From Candidatus Eiseniibacteriota bacterium (lineage in GTDB: Bacteria; Eisenbacteria; RBG-16-71-46): a stretch of 18,287 nt of DNA. The stretch lies in the NCBI GenBank assembly GCA_031364845.1, contig JANLWX010000105.1:1-18287 (forward strand). Direction: 5' to 3'. The position numbers were made by a program, and so were the translations under genes. Shown in pieces: positions 6,888-16,354 of the stretch (positions within the stretch are counted from its first letter, which is position 1; each line of letters opens with the position of its first letter). The notes below the pieces were generated by a model. It made no database searches. It had not been told where the DNA came from and saw nothing but the letters and a program-made list of their open reading frames with translations.

Positions 6888-9332
6888 ATGGACACTCTGA
6901 TTCTGGACATCCGTTACGCGTTGCGCTCGCTCGGCAAGAGTCCCGGGCTGGTGCTGGCCGTCGTCGTTTCGCTGGCGCTCGGCATCGGCGCGAACGCCAC
7001 CATCTTCAGCCTCGTGAATGCGATCGCGTTGCGGCCGATGCCGGCCGAGCGTCCCGAGGAACTGGTCGCGGTCTACACGTCCGAATCGGACGGCGCGCGC
7101 TGGGGCACGAGTTCGTATCCCGACTACGCCGACTTCCGCGACCGCTCGCATGCATTCGCGAATCTCGCGTCCTACACCGTCACCCCGCTGAGCCTCGCGA
7201 GTGACGACGGCAACGGCCAGCGCTATCTGGGGGCGCTCGCGAGCGGCAACTTCTTTCCGATGCTCGGCGTGCACGCGGCACTCGGTCGCGCGCTGCAGGC
7301 GACCGACGATGCGGCGCCGGGTGCGAATCCCGTGGTGGTCGTGAGTCATGCGTTGTGGCAGCGCCGCTTCCGCGCCGATCCCGCGCTGGTCGGCACCACG
7401 CTCCATCTCAACGGCCATCCGTTCACGGTGGTGGGGATCCTTCCCCAGTCGTTTCGCGGCGTGACGATGGGAATGACGCCCGATCTGTGGGTGCCGTTCG
7501 CGATGGCCGCGGTCACGAATCCCGGCAGCAATGTGCTCGAGCATCGCGGGCATCGCGCGAACTTCGTGATCGGCCGCCTGCTGCCGGGATCGACGGCGCA
7601 GAAGGCGCAGGCCGAGCTCGACGTCGTGATCCGCCAGCTCGGCATCGAGCATCCCGGTCCCGACAGCGGCCGCTTCGTTTCGGTGCTGCCCGAGCGCGAG
7701 GCGCGCGTGTTCCCCGCGCTGCGGGGGCCTGTGATCGGCTTCATGGCGCTGTTGATGATCGTCGTGGCACTGGTGCTGCTGGTCGCGTGCACGAACGTCG
7801 CGGGCCTGATGCTGGCGCGCGCGACCGCGCGCCGTCGCGAGATCGGCATCCGCCTGGCGCTCGGCGCGAGCCGCGCGCGGCTCGTCACGCAGCTCGTCAC
7901 CGAGAGCGTGCTGCTGGCACTCGCGGGCGGCGGGCTCGGCATGCTGCTCGCGATGTGGGGCACCGATCTGTTGCTCGCCTTCCAGCCGCCGCTCCCGTTC
8001 GACATCGCGATCGACCTGCGGCCCGATGGGCGCGTGCTGGCGTTCACGGCAGTGGTGTCGGTGCTGACCGGCATCGTGTTCGGGATCGTGCCGGCGCTCG
8101 AGGCGGTGCGCTCGGATGTGGTTCCGGCGCTGCGCGACGAATCGACCAGCGCGCGCCGGTCGCGATTGCGCAACGGGCTCGTGATCGCCCAGATCGCGCT
8201 CTCGACGCTGCTGCTCGCGGGGGCGGGACTGTTCGTGCGCGGGCTGCGCAATGCGTACACGCTCGATCCCGGCTTCGATCCGCGACACGCGGTCGTGACG
8301 TCGTTCGATCTCGAGCTGCAGGGCTACGATCGCGCGCGGGGCGGCGTGTTCCAGAACGAGCTGCTCGCGCGGCTCTCGGAGATTCCCGGCGTGCAGTCGG
8401 TGGCACTCGCCGATCATCTGCCGCTGGGGCTGGCGCAACAGCGCGGCGGTGTCGTCGTCGAGGGCCACATGTCCGAAGGCGGCCGCCCCCCTGAGCTGGA
8501 TTACGCGACCGTGTCAGCCGGCTACTTCAAGGCGCTGAGGCTGCCGATCGTGCGCGGCCGCGAGTTCGCCGCGACCGATCGCGAAGGCGCGCCCGGTGTC
8601 GCGATCGTGAACGAAACGTTCGCGCGCCGCTTCTGGCCCAGCCAGGATCCGATCGGCCGCCGCATCACGCGCGACATTTCGGGCGAAGGCGGCTGGCTCG
8701 AAGTCGTGGGCGTCGCGCGCGACGCGAGGTACAACATGCTCAACGAAGAGCCGATGCCGTACTTCTATCAGTCGCTCGCGCAGGAATACAGCTCCGCGGT
8801 GTCGGTGGTCGCGCGCATCCCGGGCGATCCGGCCGCGGCCGCGGCGCGCATCCGCACCGTGGTCCAGTCGCTCGATCCGACGCTGCCGCTGTTCGAAGTG
8901 AAGACACTCGAGCAGCACGTCGGCGTCTCGCTGCTGCCGGCGCGTCTCGTGTCCACGTTGCTCGGCGCGTTCGGCGTGCTGGCGCTGGTGCTCGCCGGCA
9001 TCGGCCTGTCGGGCCTGGTGTCGTTCACCGCGAGCCAGCGCACGCGCGAGATCGGTATTCGCATCGCTCTCGGTGCTATGCCCGGACGCGTGCTCGCGCT
9101 GGTCGTGGGCCACGGCATGCGGCTCGCGGTCGCGGGTCTCGCGATCGGAGTGGCGCTCGCACTCGGCGTCACGCATTTCGTGAGCGGGTTTCTCTACGGC
9201 GTGAGTCCCACGGATCCGATCACGTTCTTCGCCACCATCGCGATCCTCGCGGCCGTGACGCTGGTGGCGACGTGGCTTCCGGCAAGGCGTGCTTCACGCG
9301 TCGACCCGATGGTCGCGCTGCGTCATGACTGA
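6888..9332 (+). CDS. ABC permease 2, duplicated MacB-PCD/FtsX type (ADOP-like), 814 aa
   Basis: Family motifs: DIRYALRSLGKSPG, LALGIGANATIFSLVNA, LLVACTNVAGLMLARATARRREIGIRLALGASRARL, QRTREIGIRIALGA, PARRASRVDPMVALR. Confidence 0.93.
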   Translation: MDTLILDIRYALRSLGKSPGLVLAVVVSLALGIGANATIFSLVNAIALRPMPAERPEELVAVYTSESDGARWGTSSYPDYADFRDRSHAFANLASYTVTPLSLASDDGNGQRYLGALASGNFFPMLGVHAALGRALQATDDAAPGANPVVVVSHALWQRRFRADPALVGTTLHLNGHPFTVVGILPQSFRGVTMGMTPDLWVPFAMAAVTNPGSNVLEHRGHRANFVIGRLLPGSTAQKAQAELDVVIRQLGIEHPGPDSGRFVSVLPEREARVFPALRGPVIGFMALLMIVVALVLLVACTNVAGLMLARATARRREIGIRLALGASRARLVTQLVTESVLLALAGGGLGMLLAMWGTDLLLAFQPPLPFDIAIDLRPDGRVLAFTAVVSVLTGIVFGIVPALEAVRSDVVPALRDESTSARRSRLRNGLVIAQIALSTLLLAGAGLFVRGLRNAYTLDPGFDPRHAVVTSFDLELQGYDRARGGVFQNELLARLSEIPGVQSVALADHLPLGLAQQRGGVVVEGHMSEGGRPPELDYATVSAGYFKALRLPIVRGREFAATDREGAPGVAIVNETFARRFWPSQDPIGRRITRDISGEGGWLEVVGVARDARYNMLNEEPMPYFYQSLAQEYSSAVSVVARIPGDPAAAAARIRTVVQSLDPTLPLFEVKTLEQHVGVSLLPARLVSTLLGAFGVLALVLAGIGLSGLVSFTASQRTREIGIRIALGAMPGRVLALVVGHGMRLAVAGLAIGVALALGVTHFVSGFLYGVSPTDPITFFATIAILAAVTLVATWLPARRASRVDPMVALRHD

Positions 9333-9347
9333 CAGGAGAGAGGTTCG

Positions 9348-11756
9348 ATGAGCGGTATCTTCCAAGATCTGCGTTTCACCTACCGCATGCTCATCAAGAA
9401 GCCGGGATTCACGGCGGTGGTGGTGCTCGCGATGGGGCTCGGCATCGGCGCCAACACGAGCATCTTCACGATTGTGCGCGGAATCCTGCTCGCGCCGCTG
9501 CCGTTCCCACAGTCCGAGCGCATCGTCGCGATCCGCTCGGCGATGCCGGGCGACGATCGTCCGGGCGACTTGTCGCTGCCCGACTTCATGGACATTCGCG
9601 CGCGCGCCCGGTCGTTCGAATCGATCGGCGCGTGGAGCGAAAGCCAGGCCTACCTCACGCTCGGCACCGAACCCGAGCGCTTCTCGAGCACGGTGATGAC
9701 GCCGTCGCTGCTGTCGGCGCTCGGTGTGCAGCCTGCGCTCGGACGCGGGTTCCTCCCCGAAGAGGGCATCGACGGCAATCAACTCACGTCGGTGATCCTG
9801 AGCCATCGCATCTGGAAGGACCGTCTCCAATCGGATCCGAATGTGATCGGCAGGACGTTCCGCATGAACGGCCGTGTTCGCACCGTGGTCGGCGTGATGC
9901 CCGAGGACTTCCACTTCCCCGAGACCTCCGACTTCTGGATTCCGCTCGGCATCAAGGCGGTCGAAGACGGCCGCGGCGGACGCTGGCTCGAGGTGGTCGC
10001 GCGCCTTGCGCCGGGCGTGACGCCGCAACAGGCGAACGCCGAAGCCGCGGCACTCGCGGGGATACTCGCAAAGGAATATCCGGGCACCAACAAGGGTTTG
10101 CGGATCGTGGTCGATCCGATGCGCGAAGCCATGGTCGGTGACGTGCGCGCATCGATGATCATGCTGATGTCGGCGGTCGGGTTCGTTCTGCTGATCGCGT
10201 GCGCCAACGTCGCGAATCTCATGCTCGCCCGCGCGTCGAGCCGTCACCGCGAGCTGAGCGTGCGCGTCGCGCTCGGCGCGAGCCGCGGCCGCATCGTGCG
10301 GCAGCTCCTGACCGAGTGCGTGATGGTGGCGCTGCTGGGCGGCGTGCTCGGCGTGTTCATCGCGTACTGGGGCAACGATCTCATCCTGTCCTCGATTCCC
10401 ACCGAGCTGCCGTACTGGATGAAGTTCGAGATCGACGGCCCGATCCTCGCGTTCACCGCGTTGATCACCCTCGCTTCGGGCTTGCTGTTCGGCATCGCGC
10501 CCGCCCTGCATGTGGCGCGCGGCAATCTGTTCGAATCGCTGAAGGAAGGCGGTGCTCAGAGCGGCACCGGACGCGGCCAACACAGGATGCGCAATGGGCT
10601 CGTGGTCGCCGAGATCGCGCTCGCGATGGTGCTGCTCGCGGGCGCAGGGCTCATGATCCGCAGCTTCCTGCGCATGCAAGACATCGGAGGAACGTTCGAT
10701 CCCGACGGCGTGCTCGCGGGGCACGTCACGCTGCCGGTCGCGCGCTATCCCGAGAATCTCCAGAAGACTCAGTTCTTCGCGGAGCTGTTGCCACGCGTGC
10801 GCGCGCTGCCCGGCGTGATCGCGGCGAGCGCGGGCGGACACCTTCCGCTCGGCAGTGACAACTCCTCGACCAACGTCACGACCGAGAGCCATGTCGCCGA
10901 CGATGCCTCGCAGTGGCCGGTGGTCAATCATTCGGTCATCCTGCCGGAATACTTCGCGACGCTGGACGTCCCGTTTCGTTCCGGCCGCGACTTCGGCCCC
11001 GGCGATGGACCGCAAACTCCGCGCGTCGCGATCGTCAACGAGTCGGCGGCCGGTGTCCTGTGGCCCGATGAGCAGCCGCTCGGCAAGCGGTTCAAGTTCG
11101 GCGCCGAGGACACCGCGGGCTGGTGCACGGTGGTCGGGGTGGTGTCCGATGTCCGCCAGCACATCGAAACCAAACGCATCGCGCAGGTCTACGTGCCGCA
11201 CACACAGGCCGCGGTGCAGACCCTGTACGTGCTCGCGCGGACCCACGGCGATCCCGCACTACTCGCCGCTCCGATCCGCGCGCTGCTCAAGGCCCGCGAC
11301 CGCGATCTGCCGTTCTACGAAGTCTCGACACTCCGCGCCGCGATCAGCCTCGCGGTATGGGAGCCGCGCCTCTACGCGTGGCTGATGGGTGCCTACTCGA
11401 TGATCGCGCTCACCATCGCCGCGGTCGGCATCTACGGCGTGATGGCGTATCGCGTCGAGCAGCGCACGCAGGAGATCGGCATCCGCATGGCGCTCGGCGC
11501 GCCGCAGAGTGCCGTGCTCCGCATGGTGGTCGGCCAGGGCATGCGGCTCACGATTCTCGGCCTCGGCATCGGACTCGCGGTGGCGTTCGCGATGACGCGA
11601 CTCATGGCGAGCATGTTGTTCGGCGTCGATCCGAGCGATCCCCCGACCTTCATCGGAGTCTCGGTGATCCTTGCGTTGAGCGCGATGCTGGCGAGCTGGC
11701 TGCCGGCGTGGCGCGCTTCACGCGTGGATCCGATGACCGCGCTGAGACACGAATGA
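9348..11756 (+). CDS. ABC permease 3, duplicated MacB-PCD/FtsX type (ADOP-like), 802 aa
   Basis: SD AGGAGAGAGG. Family motifs: QDLRFTYRMLIKKPGFT, LGIGANTSIF, LLIACANVANLMLARASSRHRE, QRTQEIGIRMALGA, PAWRASRVDPMTALR. Confidence 0.93.
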   Translation: MSGIFQDLRFTYRMLIKKPGFTAVVVLAMGLGIGANTSIFTIVRGILLAPLPFPQSERIVAIRSAMPGDDRPGDLSLPDFMDIRARARSFESIGAWSESQAYLTLGTEPERFSSTVMTPSLLSALGVQPALGRGFLPEEGIDGNQLTSVILSHRIWKDRLQSDPNVIGRTFRMNGRVRTVVGVMPEDFHFPETSDFWIPLGIKAVEDGRGGRWLEVVARLAPGVTPQQANAEAAALAGILAKEYPGTNKGLRIVVDPMREAMVGDVRASMIMLMSAVGFVLLIACANVANLMLARASSRHRELSVRVALGASRGRIVRQLLTECVMVALLGGVLGVFIAYWGNDLILSSIPTELPYWMKFEIDGPILAFTALITLASGLLFGIAPALHVARGNLFESLKEGGAQSGTGRGQHRMRNGLVVAEIALAMVLLAGAGLMIRSFLRMQDIGGTFDPDGVLAGHVTLPVARYPENLQKTQFFAELLPRVRALPGVIAASAGGHLPLGSDNSSTNVTTESHVADDASQWPVVNHSVILPEYFATLDVPFRSGRDFGPGDGPQTPRVAIVNESAAGVLWPDEQPLGKRFKFGAEDTAGWCTVVGVVSDVRQHIETKRIAQVYVPHTQAAVQTLYVLARTHGDPALLAAPIRALLKARDRDLPFYEVSTLRAAISLAVWEPRLYAWLMGAYSMIALTIAAVGIYGVMAYRVEQRTQEIGIRMALGAPQSAVLRMVVGQGMRLTILGLGIGLAVAFAMTRLMASMLFGVDPSDPPTFIGVSVILALSAMLASWLPAWRASRVDPMTALRHE

Positions 11757-12868
11757 CCGAGGCACGTTTGCGGTGGCTGGCACTGGCGCTCGGTTTGATG
11801 GCTCTGGCGCTGCTCGGAGCCGCGGCGGCGCCGTTTGCGATTCCGTCGCCCGCAATCGCGGCGGATGCGGCCGAGACGCTGATCGAGCGCGGCCGGTGGA
11901 AGGAAGCGCGCGTGTTGCTGGAGCCGCGCGTCGCGGCGAATGCGTCCGACGTCGAAGCCGCGCTGCTGCTGTCGCGCGTGCGTTCGGCGTTCGCGGATGC
12001 CGATGGGGCGCTGGCGCTCGCTGAGAAGGCGGTGCAGTTGGACGGCAAGAATGCGCGCGCCCACGAGCAGCTCGCGATGGTGCTGGGACAGAAGGCCGAG
12101 AGCGCCGGGAAGCTTCAGCAGCTGGGGCTCGCGAAGCGCTTCAAGAAGTCCGCGGAGGCGGCGGTGGCATTCGACCCGCGCCGCTACGACGCGCAGCTCG
12201 CACTGATGCTGTTTCATCTGAAAGCGCCCGGCATCATCGGCGGCGACCGCAAGACGGCGCGCGAAATTCCGGAGCTGATCGCGAAGCTCGACCCGGTGCG
12301 CGGCGAACTCGCGCGCTCGCGTTACGCGGCCGAGAGCAAGGACTCGGTCGGCGCGTTCGCGCACGCGCAGAAGGCGGTCGAGCTCGGACCCGACGACTAC
12401 GCGGCGCGCGTCGGGCTTTCGAGCCGGCTGGTCGCGCGCAACGAGAGCGCGGCGGCGGAGCGCCACGCGCGCGCGGCACTCGGCATCGATTCCGGCCGCG
12501 GTGCTGCGCATGCGCTGCTCGCGGGCATCTACGCGCACGAGCAGCGGTGGGCAGATCTCGATGCCGCGCTCGCCGCCGCCGAAGCGGCCGTTCCGGGCAA
12601 TCTGCTGCCGCACTACAACGCCGCGCGCACGCTGCTGACCGACGGCCGCGAACCGGCGCGCGCGGAACGCTACCTGCGCCAGTACCTCGCGGTGGAGCCC
12701 GAAGGTGGCGCGCCCCGACATGCGGGTGCGCGCTGGCGGCTGGCGCAGGCGCTGGAGCGCCAGGGCCGCAAGGACGATGCGATCGCCCAGCTCGAGGCCG
12801 CGATCAAAGCGCGCCCGGACTTCGACGATGCGAAGAACGATCTCAAGCGCCTCAAGCGAAAGGGTTGA
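11753..12868 (+). CDS. Exported tetratricopeptide-repeat (TPR) protein, 371 aa
   Basis: ATGA overlap with the permease 3 stop. It begins with a signal-peptide-like segment (MTEARLRWLALALGLMALALLGAAAAP...AIAA). TPR-like units include ALALAEKAVQLDGKNARAHEQLA, AQKAVELGPDDYAARVGL and AIAQLEAAIKARPDFDDA. Confidence 0.8.
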   Translation: MTEARLRWLALALGLMALALLGAAAAPFAIPSPAIAADAAETLIERGRWKEARVLLEPRVAANASDVEAALLLSRVRSAFADADGALALAEKAVQLDGKNARAHEQLAMVLGQKAESAGKLQQLGLAKRFKKSAEAAVAFDPRRYDAQLALMLFHLKAPGIIGGDRKTAREIPELIAKLDPVRGELARSRYAAESKDSVGAFAHAQKAVELGPDDYAARVGLSSRLVARNESAAAERHARAALGIDSGRGAAHALLAGIYAHEQRWADLDAALAAAEAAVPGNLLPHYNAARTLLTDGREPARAERYLRQYLAVEPEGGAPRHAGARWRLAQALERQGRKDDAIAQLEAAIKARPDFDDAKNDLKRLKRKG

Positions 12869-13617
12869 TGATGATGTCGCACGATTCGGGGGACGCCGCC
12901 ACGTCGCGAACGCCGTTGCTGCGCCTCGAAAACGTCGAGAAGACGGTCGGCAAGGCGGGTGCCGCGACCTGGGTGCTGCGCCGCATCTCGCTTGAAGTGC
13001 GCGCGGGCGAGTTCGTTTCGATCATGGGGCCGTCGGGCGCGGGGAAGACCACGCTGCTCCATCTGCTCGGCATGCAGGAGGGCGACTGGAGCGGGAAGTA
13101 CTGGTTCGACGGCAAGCCGATCCACGATCTGAAACCCGCCGAGCGCGCCGAGGTGCGGAATCGCAACATTGGATTCGTATTCCAGCAGTATCACCTGATC
13201 GACGACCTCACGGTGTACGAGAACATCGAGATGCCGCTTTCATACCGCAATCTCGGTCGCCCCGAGCGCGCCGGCATCGTGGCCGACGTGCTCGACCGCT
13301 TCCATATCGTTGGAAAGAAGGATCTGTATCCGCCGCAGCTCTCGGGCGGCCAGCAACAACTGGTCGGCATCGCGCGCGCGGTGGTGGCGAAGCCGTCGCT
13401 GATCCTTGCCGACGAGCCGACCGGCAACCTGCACTCCGATCAGGGCAAGGAGATCATGGAGCTGTTCGTGCGCCTCAATCAGGCGGGCACCACGATCGTC
13501 CAGGTCACGCACTCCGAGACGAACGCGGCGTTCGGTCACCGCGTCATCCGCCTGCGCGACGGCTGGTTGGAAGGCGAAGCGGAAGAGCCGATGGCAGGCA
13601 GGGCGCGCGAGGTCTAG
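12868..13617 (+). CDS. ABC transporter ATP-binding protein 2 (MacB/LolD-like, variant D-loop)
   Basis: TGATG overlap with the TPR gene, with alternative ATGs at 12871 and 12874. Motifs: [39 protein letters not shown]. Confidence 0.92.
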   Translation: MMMSHDSGDAATSRTPLLRLENVEKTVGKAGAATWVLRRISLEVRAGEFVSIMGPSGAGKTTLLHLLGMQEGDWSGKYWFDGKPIHDLKPAERAEVRNRNIGFVFQQYHLIDDLTVYENIEMPLSYRNLGRPERAGIVADVLDRFHIVGKKDLYPPQLSGGQQQLVGIARAVVAKPSLILADEPTGNLHSDQGKEIMELFVRLNQAGTTIVQVTHSETNAAFGHRVIRLRDGWLEGEAEEPMAGRAREV

Positions 13618-13727
13618 AGGCGCGTCTCCGGGTCGCGGTTCCGCGGATTTTCTCGCCGCCGCCCCCGGCATGTAGGATCATGCGCGATCCCAAGCCCATG
13701 CCCATCCGACGCCGCGAGGAGACCCAC

Positions 13728-14516
13728 GTGTCGAAGCGCCCCATGTACGCGATCCTGACCCTGCTCATCGTGCTCACGATGACGGGATGCTCGAAGAAGA
13801 CCGAGCAGACGAGCAGCACGACGCCGACCCCGTCGGTCTCTGGTGACGCGCCGCGCTCTGCGACCCCGTCCACTCCGTTCGCCGACGTGGCCGATCCGCG
13901 CTCCTTCATTCACGAGGGCCGCTTCATGGCGGACGTGATGATGCCGGTCGCCCCGCCGCGCATGGCGGAACTGGCGGCGCGCCTGCAGCAGGCGGCGAAG
14001 GCCGATCCCGAGTGGTTCCGCGAGCAGGTGAAGCTCGCGCGTCCGGGCGAACCGCTGCCTTACGATGCGCGCATGGGCCTGACGCAGGCGGAGTACGCCG
14101 ACTTCATCGCGATGTCTGGTCAGATGTCGATGGAGAAGCAGGGCGAAGGCGAGATCTCGATCATCCCGATGGGCGATGGCGTCTTCACGGTCGACGGCGG
14201 TCCGAGGATGCCCGACTTGAAGGGCGTCGAGATCGACTTCGCGCGCCAGGAAGTCCGCACGCCGTACGGCGTCGCCAAGGAGCAGGCCCCGGTCAACGCG
14301 GCTTCGAGCTCGGCGCTCGGCGCGTGGAAGGGCGTCGAGTGGAAGATGACGCGGCTCAATCCCAAGACCAAGGCCGGCGCCACCGTGAAGTTCGCGCTCG
14401 GAACGCTCGAACCTTCGGGCCGCTCGGTGCTCTACTACAACGTGACCAAGCTCGATCCCGCCGGCAACGCGCGCATTCTGCTGGTGCTCAACTACGACGC
14501 TGCCGCGCGGCTGTAG
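13728..14516 (+). CDS. Lipoprotein of unknown function, about 262 aa
   Basis: The GTG at 13728 is preceded by GAGGAG. MSKRPMYAILTLLIVLTMTG-C gives a basic N-region, an h-region and a lipobox-like Cys, followed by a Ser/Thr/Pro tether. Confidence 0.75.
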   Translation: MSKRPMYAILTLLIVLTMTGCSKKTEQTSSTTPTPSVSGDAPRSATPSTPFADVADPRSFIHEGRFMADVMMPVAPPRMAELAARLQQAAKADPEWFREQVKLARPGEPLPYDARMGLTQAEYADFIAMSGQMSMEKQGEGEISIIPMGDGVFTVDGGPRMPDLKGVEIDFARQEVRTPYGVAKEQAPVNAASSSALGAWKGVEWKMTRLNPKTKAGATVKFALGTLEPSGRSVLYYNVTKLDPAGNARILLVLNYDAAARL

Positions 14517-14899
14517 TGCAGTCGCTCGCCCAGGTCGCGATCGTCGTGATCGACTACGACGAGGCGATCGCCTGGTACACGTCGGTGCTCGGCTTCGAGC
14601 TGCTGGAGGACACGGCTTTGACGCCGGGTAAGCGCTGGGTGCGGGTTGCGCCGAACGGCGGTGGACCGTCGCTGCTGCTGGCGCGCGCGGCGAGCCCTGA
14701 GCAGGAGTCGCGCATCGGCAACCAGACCGGCGGCCGCGTGTTCCTGTTCCTCGACACCGACGACTGCCGTCGCGATCACGCGGCGATGAAATCGCGCGGG
14801 GTGCGCTTCATGGAGGAGCCGCGCATCGAGGCCTACGGCATCGTGGTCGTGTTCGAGGATCTCTACGGGAACCGCTGGGATCTGGTCGAGCGGACCTGA
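14516..14899 (+). CDS. VOC family (glyoxalase/bleomycin-resistance/dioxygenase fold) protein, 127 aa
   Basis: The GTG overlaps the lipoprotein stop (TAGTG). Motifs: VAIVVIDYDEAIAWYTSVLGFEL, GNQTGGRVFLFL, YGIVVVFEDLYGNRWDLVE. Confidence 0.88.
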   Translation: MQSLAQVAIVVIDYDEAIAWYTSVLGFELLEDTALTPGKRWVRVAPNGGGPSLLLARAASPEQESRIGNQTGGRVFLFLDTDDCRRDHAAMKSRGVRFMEEPRIEAYGIVVVFEDLYGNRWDLVERT

Positions 14900-14948
14900 A
14901 CGGCGTAATCATCTCGCACGGGACGAATCCGCGGCCGATAACCGTGCC

Positions 14949-16295
14949 ATGACCCGAACCGACTACGATGTCGTGATCGTCGGAGCGCGATGCGCGGGCG
15001 CCGCACTCGCCGCGTTTCTGTCGCGCAAAGGTGCGCGCGTCCTGCTCCTGGACGCCGATGCGATGCCGAGCGATCACGTGGTGTCGACCCACTCCATCAA
15101 TCCGTTGGGAATGGATGTGCTGGACGAACTGGGCGTGGGCGACGCCGTGCGCGCGGTCACGCCGTCGAGCCGGATCATCCGCTCAGTGATCGATGGGACT
15201 TCTGCGGATCTCGTGCTGTCCGAGGGGCGCGCGGTCTACTGCGCTCGCCGCGAGCGGCTCGATGGCCTGCTCCAGAATGCCGCGGTATCCGCGGGCGCGG
15301 TTATGATGGATCGCGCCCGGGTCACGTCGCTGATTCGCTCCGGCGGACGCGTGTGCGGCGTGCGCGCGACGTGCGGCGATCGCGAACATGCATTCACCGC
15401 CGCACTCGTGGTCGGCGCCGACGGGCGCCGCTCGACGGTGGCCCGACACGTCGAGGCGGAAGAGTATCTGGGATACGACGCTCCGCGGGCGTGCTTCTGG
15501 GGCTACTGGCCTGCGCCCGCGATGTGGAAGTCCGATGCCGCGTATGGCTTCGATGCCTACTTCAGCAACGTGACGGATGTGATGCGCGTGATCTTCCAGA
15601 CCGACGACGATCAACTCGTGATCGCCAGCAGCCCGCCGGTCGATCACGCCGGCGCGTGGCGCGCCGATCCGTCCGGCATGCTGGAGACGGTGCTGGGGGC
15701 CGATCCACTGATTCGCGCGCTCGTTCAGAGTGCGCCGCGCATCGGCAAGGTGCGCGGCACGATCAAAGAGCGCTTCTATTTCCGCCGCGCGGCCGGCGCA
15801 GGCTGGGCGCTGGTCGGCGACGCCGGCCACCACAAGGATTTCTCGGTCGGCGACGGCATCTCCGAAGCGTTGCGGCAGGCGAAAGGGCTTGCCGCTGCGA
15901 TCGGCTCGGATACCGATGCGGCGCTCGCCCGGTGGTGGCGACAGCGGGATGTGGACGCCCTGCCCATGTACTTTCTCGGTCGCGAGGCGGGTTCGGTCGA
16001 TCCGCCGGTCGAACTTCAGCGGATCGTCTTCGAGTGTCTGAACACGGTGCCAGGGCTCAAGCAGCGGCTGGTCGACGCGATCGACGGGCAGATTTCGCCG
16101 CTGGAGATCCTTTCGGCGCGCATCCTTTTCCCGGCCGTGCTCGCCGCCGCTGCGCGCGGTCGTACCGGCGCGCTCGAGGAATTGTGGTCGGCCGCGGGGC
16201 GTGGTATCGCGATGACGCGAGAACTGCGCCTCAGAGCCCGTTTGCTGGCCGCCGCCGACGCGTGCCTGGCGCGCGAAGATCGCGCCGCCGCCTGA
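14949..16295 (+). CDS. FAD-dependent oxidoreductase (geranylgeranyl-reductase/flavin monooxygenase-like fold); substrate unknown
   Basis: Dinucleotide-binding motif YDVVIVGARCAGA, DG motif LVVGADGRRSTVA and GD motif WALVGDAGHHKD. Confidence 0.85.
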   Translation: MTRTDYDVVIVGARCAGAALAAFLSRKGARVLLLDADAMPSDHVVSTHSINPLGMDVLDELGVGDAVRAVTPSSRIIRSVIDGTSADLVLSEGRAVYCARRERLDGLLQNAAVSAGAVMMDRARVTSLIRSGGRVCGVRATCGDREHAFTAALVVGADGRRSTVARHVEAEEYLGYDAPRACFWGYWPAPAMWKSDAAYGFDAYFSNVTDVMRVIFQTDDDQLVIASSPPVDHAGAWRADPSGMLETVLGADPLIRALVQSAPRIGKVRGTIKERFYFRRAAGAGWALVGDAGHHKDFSVGDGISEALRQAKGLAAAIGSDTDAALARWWRQRDVDALPMYFLGREAGSVDPPVELQRIVFECLNTVPGLKQRLVDAIDGQISPLEILSARILFPAVLAAAARGRTGALEELWSAAGRGIAMTRELRLRARLLAAADACLAREDRAAA

Positions 16296-16342
16296 TCGAA
16301 CGCGCGACTGCACCGCGGCATCACGCAGTGCGCCGCATCCTG

Positions 16343-16348
16343 TAGGAT
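16343..16348 (+). promoter_or_regulatory. -10 element (TAGGAT) for a probably leaderless response-regulator mRNA
   Basis: The sequence reads TAGGAT-gccgcc-ATG with no SD. The hexamer sits inside the palindrome GCATCCT-GT-AGGATGC (16335-16350). Confidence 0.5.
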
Positions 16349-16354
16349 GCCGCC

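Noticed and set aside
4316..11246. Very long minus-strand ORFs (864, 677 and 650 aa)
   Set aside because: They are antisense shadows expected from high-GC codon bias, with no recognisable domains.
11123..11752. Upstream extensions of the TPR ORF (581 aa), and likewise of ATPase 2 (from 12547) and the VOC ORF (from 14012)
   Set aside because: They overlap real genes in other frames. Coupled starts at 11753, 12868 and 14516 give coherent proteins.
13680..13727. ATG at 13680 as the lipoprotein start
   Set aside because: GTG at 13728 has a GAGGAG SD and places the signal peptide at the N-terminus.
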